DNA of 56,828 bases, filler included, from Bipalium vagum (lineage: Eukaryota), in the NCBI GenBank assembly GCA_037834085.1. It is 3 parts of 3 records of this genome, joined end to end, with 100 filler letters (N's around TTAATTAATTAA, not from the genome) between each part and the next. Parts side by side here need not be neighbours in the genome. Positions count along the whole stretch, not along the records: positions 22,166 to 40,910 come from JBBMKC010020444.1; positions 41,011 to 56,828 come from JBBMKC010144162.1; 1 more part is not named here. One strand, given 5' to 3'. Position 1 is the stretch's first letter. Each line of letters begins with the position of its first letter. This document shows positions 38,601 to 50,569 of the stretch, in pieces. The notes beneath the pieces were generated by a model that searched no databases, had not been told where the DNA came from, and saw only the letters and a program-made list of their open reading frames with translations. The position numbers and the translations under genes were made by a program.

Positions 38601-39295
38601 GAGATTCAAGATTATTACCTATAAAATTTGAAAAAATATTTTAATTATAGATTTTTAAAAATAGAATTACTTAAGAGAAACAAATAAAAAACAGAATAAG
38701 TGTAAGCAAATATTGAAATACCTAATAAAGAAATAATAAAAACCAATTTAATTAGTATCCCGAATTATTCCGCCTCTACTGTATAACAGTTTTGCTTTTT
38801 CAAAGTAATAAAATTCAGTTATATAATTGTGATATAGTAGCGTTTATTTAATTTCGTTCTTTCTTTTCCTGGTTTTCATTATGATTATTTATGAAATTAG
38901 CTTGGAACAGGAGGTTTTTTAACTTTTAACCCGAGTTCGTTTTTTAAGTTAAAAGAGATATGGGTTATAGAAAATTAAAATCTTAAGTTCCTTTATTCTT
39001 CAACGAAGAATCATTGCAAACACACGTAAAATCGTTAACAATATTTCTTAATCAATTATAATAATAATTAAACAATAATTAATAATTAATAGTTAACCGC
39101 ATAAAGAATATTCTAATCCTTTGGTTGATCACATAAAAAACTTTATGAATGACAAATAGTTTTAGAAGATAAATTAACAAAACAATAAATGTAATAATAT
39201 AAATTCATCTTGAAAACTACGGTGTTTTGAATTTTTTGGGTTTTCGAAGGGTGGTTTATTACTATTTTTGACTTTTTTATGACCTGACTTTTTTA

Positions 39296-39620
39296 TGTGA
39301 AGGGAGTGTACCAATCACAGAATGATTTCAAATAAAATAAAAAAAGTAAATCGATTTTTTTTAAAATTTTTATTTTTATGACAATGTACAAAAATTAAAA
39401 AATTGTTTACAATCTAATTGATCGAAATGACAATGTTTAATGAAAAGAGGAACTCAATCTACACTAGGAAGAGTGTAGACGCCCTGAAGTGAAAAATAGC
39501 GAATCTTACAAGTAATTTGTTAGATCGTAAATGGTAAAAGCAAACACAAAAAGTAAAATCTGGAAAATTTAAATTGAATAAAAACAGAAAAGTGGAATAA
39601 TATTTCCGTTCTGTAAAATT
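39296..39620. repeat. LTR-like dispersed repeat, copy 1
   Basis: Begins TGTGAAGG.AGTGTACCAATCAC; collinear with 44378-44664 through GATCGAAATGACAAT, GAACTCAATCTACA.TAGGAAGAGTG and CGTAAATGGT blocks. Confidence 0.9.
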
Positions 39621-39629
39621 AATTAATTA

Positions 39630-40910
39630 TACTGGTGGACATAATTATTTATACCACGATTAAAAAATGTTAATTAACTGTTTACTTTTATAAAAATGTA
39701 TGTAAAACCTGAAATATGATAAATTGGTGTATTTATTTGTTAAGGATATTCAAATAAGTTAATTATAATTCTTTTTTGTTTATATAATTTGCAATATTTA
39801 TAATTTATACTACTAATTTAAAGGACATAATTATTTATACCGTAAATAGTTTTGATAATTAAATTCAAAAATTATAACTTTAAATAGATGTATTCTAAAG
39901 AAATTAAGAGAAAGACAATTGAATTAAGAAAAAATGGCAAGACATATACAGAAATTGGAAAGATTTTAGTATTAACGAAGTCTGCATTCAAAATTTAATT
40001 AATTATCAATATGTTTGGCACAAAAAGAAACAAGGTCCCAAATTCAAAATAAATACAAGAAATTCAACAATCTTACGGCGGCATATATCAAAAGAAAACG
40101 AAAATGGTATTAAGGTGAAATAATATAACCATTCTTAGAAATAATAATTTAACAGTCTCCACAAGAACCGTTTCCAAATGGTTGCAGCGACATGATTTCC
40201 ATTATCAAAAGGAAGCACAACGTATCATATTATTCACTAAACATAAAGCTGACAGAATTTTTAAAGTGTCTTCATGGATATCCACAAATATTGTATGGGA
40301 AAATATTGCTTTTGTTGACGAAAATCAGTTCTCCTTAGATGGTCCCGATAATTGGTAAAATATTATGCAATATTATTTTAATGCATGAAAATGAAAATTA
40401 GGTTTACATACAGTGCTGGGAAAAAATTGTATGCGTCAGCGAAGACAAAAAGTAGGTGGTGCATTGATGTACTTTAGTATCACTTTTCCTAATGGCCGAA
40501 TTTTACTTCGTGAGTTAGTAGGTATTCAGAAAGATGAGGAATACAGAGCAACATTCAATACCTTAGTTGTGCCATCAATTCGTTTGACTATGGGGAATCC
40601 AGCAAACTTGGTGCAAGATAATTTCCGGATACACACATGCAGAATCGTCCAAGAATGTTATCAGACCAACGATATCAATATCATTGACTGGCCTTCGAGG
40701 TCACTAGATATTAAAATAGTGGAAAACGTCTGGAAGATGCTCAGTAACTTTGTTTATGCTGAGAAGCAGCCGAAAAACCTATTTGAACTGCGACAGAAAA
40801 TCAACCAGGCTGTAGATATGATAAATAAGTTATTAGAAAGAGTCTTTGATAAGCAAAGTTTTGAAATGATTAAATATTTCAAAGACAAAAAAATATTTAT
40901 AATTGTTGAT
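39630..40910 (+). mobile_element. Tc1/Tc3-like DD34E transposon (frameshifted) with a 47-nt intron 40355-40401
   Basis: TIR with inner repeat GGACATAATTATTTATACC (about 39637 and 39823); ATG 39888 MYSKEIKRKTIELRKNGKTYTEIGKIL (HTH); FVDENQFSLDGPD; QDN-(34 aa)-E with WPSRSLDIKIVENVW. Confidence 0.9.
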
Positions 40911-41010
40911 NNNNNNNNNNNNNNNNNNNNNNNNNNNNNNNNNNNNNNNNNNNNTTAATTAATTAANNNNNNNNNNNNNNNNNNNNNNNNNNNNNNNNNN
41001 NNNNNNNNNN
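40911..41010. other. Assembly gap with artificial six-frame-stop linker
   Basis: 44N-TTAATTAATTAA-44N. Confidence 0.95.
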
Positions 41011-41990
41011 AACATATTTTATATAAAATTAACATCCTGGAATAGTTAATAAGATAAACAAAATGTTTAATTCATTTAAATAAGCAATTTGATCAGAAAA
41101 TGTAAAATAAAGCCAAATTTTAAAAATTCAAATAAAATAATTAACCCTATTCGGTGAATAGGATAAACCAAACAGATTTGAACTAAGCGTTTTCCTCAAA
41201 GTCGAACCTTAAATTCAATGAAATACTGTTCATAATTGAATGTATTAAAACTTATCATCTGTTAATCTTGTGCAAATGTTTATAATTTGACACTAAACAA
41301 ATATCAATCGCACTTTCTGTTTCCCAGTTTCCGCTGTCTTGGAACACGCAGGTCTATTGTCCAGAAAAATCCATTTAATTACCACTACAATAACTTCCAA
41401 TATTTTAAGCAAGGTAACCTTTTTAAACATTTATGCTTCAAATGTTTAAATCTTATCAAATATATTTGATAATTGTCCAAACGTATTTCTGACAGTAACG
41501 CACACTTATTTATTCAATATTTTAATTTTTACATTGAGAACCGAATATTTCGAAAATAACAGATTGTTCCTATTAGAACGTTCCGATTATGTTTGTTACA
41601 CGAAAGTCGCTCGGTTATTATCATATCGCCTGTGAATTTTCTCAAACATTAATTAGACCAACACCTTTGTTCAGCCATTGATCTTTCTATTCATTTAATA
41701 TTTGGATGATAAGCACAACAGTTTAACATCCCAATAAGAAAAAGAACCTTGTTTCTTTATGTGTGTTCAAGCCAATTAATTATGCTGGTGCTTGTCTAAA
41801 TGTTTAGCATTTTCCATAATTTATTGATTTCTCTGTTAATTTACAATATTTATCAGTACGGTCTCAGCACAATATTTCTAAATCTTGTCCAGAATTATAA
41901 TTAAAGTTCGAAAAATTTGCTGTAAATGTCTCATTAAAGAAAAGAATACATAATTTTATTTTAAAAATGAGTTCAAAAACATTACCAGAC

Positions 41991-42890
41991 CTATCCCCAT
42001 GTATGTGCATGGTATTGTACAACATATGACCCTTTCTTTATCATTGACGATCGACATTCTTGATAATCTTTGTCTGTCATTGCATTACCAGTCTTACAGT
42101 GCTTGTCCACTTCTTTACCATCAATCCAACTGAAAGGATTGAAGTAGTATGGCGAATAAACAATAAGTTCGTCTTTCACATTTTTCCGTAATCTAAACTC
42201 ATTTATCTTTTTTGACAATAAAACCGGCCCCGTATATGATTCCGGAGCCGCATTTTCCTTAAAGTTCAATATATCTATTATCAACTCCAACCAGAATTCC
42301 ACTCTCGGCCTGGAATACATAAATGAATTTTGGACATATCCCTCTTTTAAATTTGTTCCTTGATATTGTCCCACCATGGCTCCAAACACAAGAGAATAAT
42401 TTCTCAACAAAAACTCGAACGGCTTCAAACATTCATTGTCCATATCGGTATAAATGCCTCCATAGTGGAACAGGTAGAAATACCGACTGACATCGGCTCG
42501 GTAAATATTCGCTGGCAGCTCGTTGTACTTCTTGAGAAACCAAGGATAATGGGTCCGGATCAGGTTGAGATTGTCTTCGTCTGTCCAGAAAATATATTTC
42601 CAATTCGGATAACAGAAATCAGTCCATGACTTGCGATATTTCTCAAAAACCGGTGGAATTTCTTTGGTTTTCCATGATTGGTGAATGATTTTCACAACAC
42701 TGGAACTTTGATTGAGAGACTTGGTATTGAATCCCTGAATGATGTTGGAAATGAAAGTCTGAAGAACAATTTGGTAAGCCTTATCGATTTTTTTATAGTT
42801 ATCGAAAAGTGCATATTTCAAAACGGTGCCACTGATAACTAATGACAGAAACAGAAAGAATCCCAAGAAATATTTTTTCGTGTTGGTCAT
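41991..42890 (-). CDS. GT32 DXD glycosyltransferase, SUR1/CSH1 (inositol-phosphoceramide mannosyltransferase)-like, type II membrane, 299 aa, intronless CDS
   Basis: MTNTKK followed by a TM helix; KIIHQSWK, YIFWTDED, YPWFL..Y, RADVSRYFYLFHYGGIYTDMDNECLKP, NSFMYS, TGP.LLS and terminal HAHTW motifs; AATAAA about 30 nt after the stop. Confidence 0.9.
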   Translation of the reverse strand: MTNTKKYFLGFFLFLSLVISGTVLKYALFDNYKKIDKAYQIVLQTFISNIIQGFNTKSLNQSSSVVKIIHQSWKTKEIPPVFEKYRKSWTDFCYPNWKYIFWTDEDNLNLIRTHYPWFLKKYNELPANIYRADVSRYFYLFHYGGIYTDMDNECLKPFEFLLRNYSLVFGAMVGQYQGTNLKEGYVQNSFMYSRPRVEFWLELIIDILNFKENAAPESYTGPVLLSKKINEFRLRKNVKDELIVYSPYYFNPFSWIDGKEVDKHCKTGNAMTDKDYQECRSSMIKKGSYVVQYHAHTWG

Positions 42891-43379
42891 TTCTCTTCGG
42901 GTGTGTTTCGAGATAGTACTTATGGAAAGTGAGGAGAGAAAATTCTCAACAACCGACCAATGGAAAACGTTCAAAATTGCAACACACAAAAAATCAATTA
43001 TACGTCGATGACTTCAGTATCATTTGTTAATGATGTCGACAGAATAACTCATGATTCATTGGTCTTTGTTTGCTGTAATTAACTTCGATAATAGACATCA
43101 CAAACTCACATATCAGTAGCCTTTCGCGACATTGTTCTATCTGTGAGAATGTAGATGAAGTCTCTGAAAATTATGAACGTTTACGACAAATGAGAATTCT
43201 GTTTTTACTAATTTTTCAATTTGTTCACATTTTCTTTGGCGTTCGTTACGCCAACAACCTTTTAAAATCAAATGTCTTAAGTATAAAAATTATTATTCAC
43301 AATATAATAATAAGACTGTAATTTAACAGGCCTTATCAATTTTGACCAAATCTTTTAATTTTCGAAAACTAACAAATAG

Positions 43380-43760
43380 TACTGTCCAAAAGAGAAAAAA
43401 TCCGAAATGAGATTTCAAAATTTATGTTACTATCAATTCTGATCACGAATGTCAAAGTCATTTTGCTTGAGATCATTCATTATTTGTAAATGTCTTAAAT
43501 TAAAAATATTTATACATTTAACATAATTTTGTTTATATAGTTCAAACAGTCATATTTACCAACCATCATGTTCAGGCAATGTAAAAATTCACCAGATAAA
43601 TTCTGTTGCATATGTGTGGATTATTAACAATCAGAAAAAATTAACTGGTAATACCAAGAAGCTTTATCTATTGTAATTTGGTTGTAACGTTGGTGATCAG
43701 GATAAACATTGGACTCCTCATATATGTTGCGTGGACCGTTGTAATCTATTATAAGATAAG
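43380..43760 (+). mobile_element. Chapaev3-like (CMC) transposase 5' fragment
   Basis: CKNSPDKFCCIC ... FGCNVGDQDKHWTPHICC is a recognisable DNA-transposase N-terminal motif; the superfamily assignment is from memory. Confidence 0.6.
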
Positions 43761-44377
43761 GATCAGTTAGAGATTGTATAATACTTTTGTTTAAATAAAT
43801 ACTTTTTTAACTGAAATCCGTTTTATTAAACAATATGAACGAAGATCTAACCGGGTCAAATAGTTATGATTTGGATCTCTCATTTGCAGTACCTATGGTT
43901 GTGCGTTTGGATCATGTTATACACTGTTATTTCTATTAACAAATATAAAAATTGTGAGAATTTAAATCCATTATATAAAAGACGTTATATTTTATTTTCA
44001 AGGTACAATAGTGTTGGATTGGCCAGAGGTACATCCCTCAGAGTTGTAAGACCGCCATATGGTTTGATTTATAATAATAATAATACTCTGATAATATAAT
44101 AATTACAAATAATAATTAATAAAAGTAAATAAAGGTTTTAGGCTGTTACATAAATTCGTCATGTTTTTTGAGAAAAAATTAAAATAAAATTTTATTCATT
44201 AAAAACCACATCCAGTTGACTTTTCAACACTTCTAAGAAAGGAAACCTGTTACCACCTAAGCTATTTTTAAGTCACTGAAACAATTGGTAATCAGTTGAT
44301 TTAAGGTCAAGAAAATGCGATAGATGTCTTTTATTTTTAAGATGGTTGGGTAACATTTCTAACTCCTCTAATGTATA

Positions 44378-44664
44378 TGTGAAGGTAGTGTACCAATCAC
44401 AAAAAGATTTTAGATATTATCAAATAAGTAACCCAAACTTTTTCAAATCTTTATTTATGTGACAATATACAAAATGTAATTTTTATAATATAATTTATGA
44501 TCGAAATGACAATTTATTTTTAAAAGAAGAACTCAATCTACATTAGGAAGAGTGAAGTTTAAATAGACATCGTAAATGGTGGAAGCAAAAACAAAAAGAA
44601 GAATCTGTAAGATGAAATTGAACAAAAACAGAAACGTGAAATAATATTCCCGTTCTTTAAAATT
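44378..44664. repeat. LTR-like dispersed repeat, copy 2 (direct orientation to 39296-39620)
   Basis: Same start TGTGAAGG and the same shared blocks as copy 1, with an internal deletion. Confidence 0.9.
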
Positions 44665-45559
44665 TTTAATTATTTATTTTTGTGAATCTAATAATTCACT
44701 TATGCTGCTTTTAGGAGGTTTAATAAACTCAATAATATTACAAAAGTTATTAATAGTTATTATAAGCTATTTTTTTTGTAAACGGCGAAATTATGATTAT
44801 GATTTCTTTATTTATACTATATTTTTTAGACGGTTTTTTTATTTTGGCGAAATTTTATTTTTACTACTGAAATCATTTTATTTTTAACGTCATTGTTGTT
44901 ATTTTTTTATTTTAGTTTTTACTGATGTCATACTTTCAATTTTCAATTCAATATCTTATTTTATTTTATATTGTTTTTTTTTCATGCTATTTTATTTTTT
45001 ATTACTTTATATAATTTAAGACTTCGTGGAATGATATTTAATCGCATTCCACGAAGTTTACTTATTAAATTATAGAATTTTAAATTATGGTTTGTTTATT
45101 TTTACTATATGTCAAGACTAGATGTCAAACGGTAAAATTCTTATTTTTATTATTATGATTACCACTACTACTACTACTTTACACGATAATTTTATTATTT
45201 TTTTTTCAAATGCCGCCGATTCTGCTCTCAATTCTGTTTCTCAACTCCTCAAATGACTCCTCGTAAGATTTTATTATTTTTATTCTTCTTACTGATCTGC
45301 TCTTATTTTATTTTATTATGATTAACTTTAATTTTATAATTAAAAAGCAATAATAAACATAAAATGAAATAATAATAGCAACACTAAAATTGTTGTTTTT
45401 AAATGAGTTAATATAATGACTTGGGAATTGAATGCAAAATAAGCTGATTATTGGGAATTGATTGCTTGAAAATTAGGATTGATAATTGGTTGGACGATTT
45501 GAGTGGCTCTTTGGTTGACTTGACACTACCTCACAGATGGACTAAAAAAATCAAATTTT

Positions 45560-46100
45560 AGTTCCAACTTGTTTCGAGTGGCCAGACGCACGTTTTATTT
45601 AACATTGTGTTGCTGCAAAACAATACCCTTTCTGTTGGCAAATTCAGGACGCTTCTCTTCTATGGCTTGCTTCAGTGAACGGTATTTAATTAATGGTCTC
45701 CGTATCAAATAAGACCTCATACAAAATTATTCTCTTGCAGTTTCACCAAACACATTATTACCTTCTTTGGGTGTAAACTGGCTTTCAAACTAGTTGATGG
45801 GGGCTCTCAGATCTTAGACTACAATCTCTTGTCTTTAAAATTATCATAAAAACAATTTTTCATTCCCTGTGATCAAGCGCTTTAAAAATGAATCTGTGTT
45901 ATTTCTACTCAATAGAGTTTCACAAGCAAAGCGATTTTTCAAATTTAAAAATTCAAAGAGATGCCAATTTGTCTATCAGAAACTAGGTCATTGGCATGAT
46001 CAATATTGTTTGTTTAAAATTTCGAAACCACTTGGAAATATCAACGGAATCTTCGCCGTAACATATCTTCCTTATCGTTTGGGCAGCATTTTTCCCCTTC
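45560..46100 (-). mobile_element. Mariner transposase fossil
   Basis: FLKRLITGNEK and LKQAIEKRPEFANRRVLFLQ remnants. Confidence 0.8.
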
Positions 46101-46129
46101 CGAAAGAAAAACACCATGATGTTTGAAAA

Positions 46130-47090
46130 TGCATTTTTTCTTAAATCATTTTATATGTTTGCATTTTTCTCAAAATGAAATTTTTCAGTCAATTGATTAT
46201 TATAAGTTATAATAATCCACGCTGCTAATCCAAGTCACCCATCTTGTAAGTATTACACTTAGGGATAATTCGAGTTCAGGTGAAATTTCTTTAAAGATTT
46301 GACATCTTTACGGTGTTTTTTTGAAATTTTTTTTCATATTTGATATCTATTCATCAACTACTGGATGTAAAGCACGAATATATTCAGCCAATATATGCAA
46401 ACCATGTACACACAGGTAACATGGATAATCTTTGGATAAAGAATACTTAATCCAGAAGATGCTTTCTTCATATATGAAGCATTATCATTTACAAAAAGCA
46501 GAATGTTGGGTCGAGATATAGAAGCCGACAGATGTTAGAAGGTGTTTTCAAATATGGTAGCAATCGTATTTGAATTGGTTTTTTCAATAATTTCGTAGTT
46601 AATCAAAAAACTATGATTGGTTTTTTTTTGATTGCTTACAATAGCCACGACGGAGTTAGCAATATACCTTCCTCCAAAATTTGTTGTTTAATCTATAGAA
46701 ATGTATACTTTTTGACTGCGTAATTTGTCTTTCATAAATATTATTTAAATAAACTTTTCTTAATGTTGTCTCAGAAGGAACGTTATTCTTTGTGTGCGTT
46801 TCTAAAAATGTCTTGAATATCTTGTTATTAATTTTAAGTAATGGGATATTAGCGGAAACTAAAGCTTCGCACAAATCAATTCCAAACTTGGACAAATGTA
46901 AGTTGTTGTTGTTAGATATTAAATCTTGATTGTTTTCTTAAGCATATTTCTTGCTTTGTTTTTGGTGTATTTGGGAATTAATATGTTGGTCTATTAGAAA
47001 TTTTCTGTCATACGAAATCGCTTTCTCACAGATTTTACAAAACAGAATTGACCATTAGTTTGAAGAATATGTTTTCCGTATTTTGTAACA
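46130..47090 (-). mobile_element. CGGBP1-like hAT transposase pseudogene (5' half)
   Basis: BED-like LFCKICEKAISYDRKFLIDQHINSQIH; DLCEALVSANIPL.KI.N..FKTFLE; FVNDNASYMKKA; IHVTCV. Confidence 0.85.
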
Positions 47091-47149
47091 TATCTATTTA
47101 ATTTTAATTTTTCTTTTGGTTTTGGCATCTAAAATACTATATCTAAAGT

Positions 47150-47562
47150 CACAATAAAGCGACCAGAATTGATAAATCGGAGAAGTGTTGTGTCTCACCA
47201 TGACATTGCAAGACCACATTTGTCTTTGATAACTCAAAAAAAATTTAAGGACCTTGATTAGGAAGTTTTGTTGCATCCTCCACATACTCTTAATATTGCA
47301 CTATCAGAATATTATTTGTTTCGTTTACTGCAGAACTTTCTTGACTTCCTAGAATTCAAAGGAGGATATCGAAAACCACATATCTCAGTTTTTCAGTGAA
47401 ACATCAGAGAGGTTCTGCAGTGAAGGAATTATAGCTTTCCCAAAGAAATGTCAAGACATTGTCGACCACGATTGTAGCTTAATAAAGTTCTGAAATTGTC
47501 TTAGTATTCTTAGATTTTAATAGGGCTGTAATCGGTGAAAACGTTTTAGACAACCCAATAAT
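47150..47562 (+). mobile_element. Mariner C-terminal fragment with 3' TIR
   Basis: RPELINRRSVVSHHDIARPH and LLHPPHTLNIALSEYYLF; ends ...AAAACGTTTTAGACAACCCAATA. Confidence 0.85.
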
Positions 47563-50500
47563 TGATTAAATTTATATTTTGAAAATATAAAACTTAAACA
47601 AATTTTTAATCTTAATACATGATATTTTATTTGTAATTAAAAACAAAATAGTAATTGGAAATATAATTTTTAAAAAATTATTCACTTCTTTATGTATCAA
47701 ATATCTTCAATCTTAAATATTGAATTTAGTTACTATCGTCAAATGTTTCCTTTTAGCTCATTTAATTTGTTATAAGAAATTTTATAACTTAAATTTTTTC
47801 ATTGTGTAACTCTATCAACATATTTCACAAGTGTCACATCAAATTTATTTAATTTAATATCATATTATAGAAATGTGGAAAAGATAGTAGATTTCACATA
47901 TCATATTTATAATGATAAATTTTCAAAATGAATAAATAATATCTTATAAATTTAACTAAATAATATAAATACGAAACATATTAATACAAATAAAGTGATA
48001 AACTACTTTACAATGAAATTAAATCTTTTCTAATTGTTTTACTGAATTAAATTTTTAAAAAATAATTATCAAAATTATTCAATCTATCAATTAAAACTAT
48101 CATAAACAGTATTATTTTTTTTCTAGTTTTATTCGGATCAATTGTGTATGCATAATATTTATTTTCCTATATTCCTTGGTCTTCTAGTAAAACATTACCA
48201 ATCCTCAAAATAACAGTTGTGCAATTTTCAGAATATTTATTTTCCCTGAGTCATATTAATTGCAATCGTGCATGTGCAGAAATGATCAGCAGAGTATCCT
48301 GAGCCGTTGATATAATAGTGAGTTATGAAAATTTTATTTCAGGTCTTTTCTGTTTTTGCTGACTTCATCACTCGGACTGATTTCTCAATTCATATTGCGT
48401 TTTCATATAGCATTTCGTAATCTTTGTTCGGATTTTGTTCGAATCTCTATTCCATTTCTCTGCCTCAGACTGTTTCGGTGTCGATCAGCGACCGATCTCT
48501 GGCAATTCAAAAAATTCCCCGTTTTTTCGTTTATCTGTTGTAATGTGACACTTTGACATTGTCAGCTATCAGGTTGTCAGAATTGGAGAAGTAAAGAAAA
48601 AATGCGTTCTTTTCTTTTTTGGGTTTTGTAACGACAGAAACGAATAATTTTTAAGTAGGATAGACACTATTATTAAAAAGTAAATTTAAGAATTTTTTTT
48701 TAATAATCGATTTTTTTAAAATATCCGATTAAAATCATTGTAAAAATAAAATAAAATGAATACTTTTTAAAAAATTAATCAATACATTAGAAATATTGAT
48801 TTTTAATTATCAGAAATATTTTGAAATACAAATTATTTAAAAATCTATAATTTAATTTATTGACCTATTTTTAAGGACACATTTCTTATTAATTTATATA
48901 TTAAATAACAATTTCTCTGAGATTTTTTGTCACTATCAAAACTTGGATTGAAAATTATTGATTTTATTAAATTCTTTATCAAAATTTTGGATCTTCTTTA
49001 CCTTTAAAAATGTTATTTTTTATAATAAAACTATTCACTTAAGCGATCTTTTTATTAAATTTTAATGATTTCATTAATAACATAAAGTTGATTTTATTAA
49101 TATTAAATTAATAAATGTAAAAAGTTTTTAAAATGGAATTAAGAAAATTAATTATATATATAGTAATTAATATTTGTTTTCTGATTTTTGATAATCAATA
49201 GATTTTTAAAAATCCTTTTCAAGTATTGAGTCCTGGACCAATATTCTTAAAGGGGTATGTCGAATCACTTTTAACTTTGAACTTTAATTAATTATAATTA
49301 TTATTATTTCGTCTCTTGATCTTTTGTCGTCTTCCTAATTAATTTATTAATATAATAATTATCCTAGACTCTTTAGTAGTTTTCAAAAGATAATCTAAAA
49401 GGGTTAAATAGATGTGTCTTTTGCTAACCCAACAAAATAATAATAATAATAATTAATTATTGATAATAATAATTTAAAAACTTTTAAAAATAACAATTTA
49501 GTTTTATAACAATTTATAAAAAAGTTTATGTACCAATTCAAGTCGTCGAGATAACTGTAACATAATTTAGGAAAGCGATTGGAATGTGTTGACCTATCTC
49601 AACTTCTATATAAGAGGAGGATCTCATTTGAAAAATTCGCCGAGAAGAAAGAGTTTTATTTTGTGTTTGCATACGACAATTTATTGATTTTAAGAATTTT
49701 ATTTGAAGAGATTTATCGTCAAGAGAATTGATCATTCAAAGGATTAAGTACAAGTATTTGAAGATTTCAGTGCAAAATTTATTATTTCATCGTAAGTAAT
49801 TTACTTTTTTTATTTCTTTCAGAAAATATTCAACAGGATTTTTCAATGGGTTCCATCAATTCTCCGTTATTGGTTCCACTGATGATCGATTCTCAATGGA
49901 GAATCATGATAATGTAGCAGTTATTTACAAGAAAAATTTTGTAATTGCACATATAGTTTCCTAAAGTTTTCTGAGGAACTGTAACTTTTTAATTGTCGCT
50001 AAAGATTTGTACTTTGTAAAATTCTACAGGTCTTGTCAAGGTCCGAAAGGTATTAACAATTTGTAAGAGAATTTTTGAATTTAAAATATTTTGAGATTAC
50101 TTTCCTTAATTATGATCACGGGGAAATTATTTGATTGATCAATTATTAATAAAAACAATATCCTTAAAAACTTTTTTTTCATTTGATAAATTACAAACAC
50201 CAATCGTAATAATAATAAACATAATAAAAATGGGGCAATTCAGATTGGCTGAAAACAATCATAAAACCACTAGAAAAACAATGATCGGTTTCAATAATTT
50301 TCATTTTATTAATATATTATTTTGAAAATAATTTCGGAGAAAAATGCTTTTCAATGTTACCATAGTGTTTTTGTGGATCATAACGTGTAAGGGGTTTTGT
50401 TGCTTTCTTATCATAATTATTATTGATCCGTCTTAGTGAATCAAGATCAAGTCGCGAGTCTCAGTTGCAAATATGCAGAAATAATGAAAATTTTGGGTAT

Positions 50501-50569
50501 TTTTTTTATCAGTCAAAACTCTCTTTACTAAAACTCTTCTTTTTGTATAAATTTTATTCACGTGATTCT

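Noticed and set aside
41141-41162. TTAACCCT plus a small hairpin as a piggyBac end
   Set aside because: No matching partner TIR or transposase found; too short to support.
41280-41900. Integrase remnant supporting the LTR-cassette model
   Set aside because: Only a weak ISDSNAHLF resemblance, and on the opposite strand to the inferred LTRs.
42891-42989. 33-aa N-terminal extension of the GT from the ORF track
   Set aside because: Non-ATG start; ATG 42890 gives a canonical short-tail/TM topology.
48280-48620. GC-richer patch as a coding exon or ncRNA
   Set aside because: No convincing ORF, motif or fold; it may be UTR or promoter but cannot be supported.
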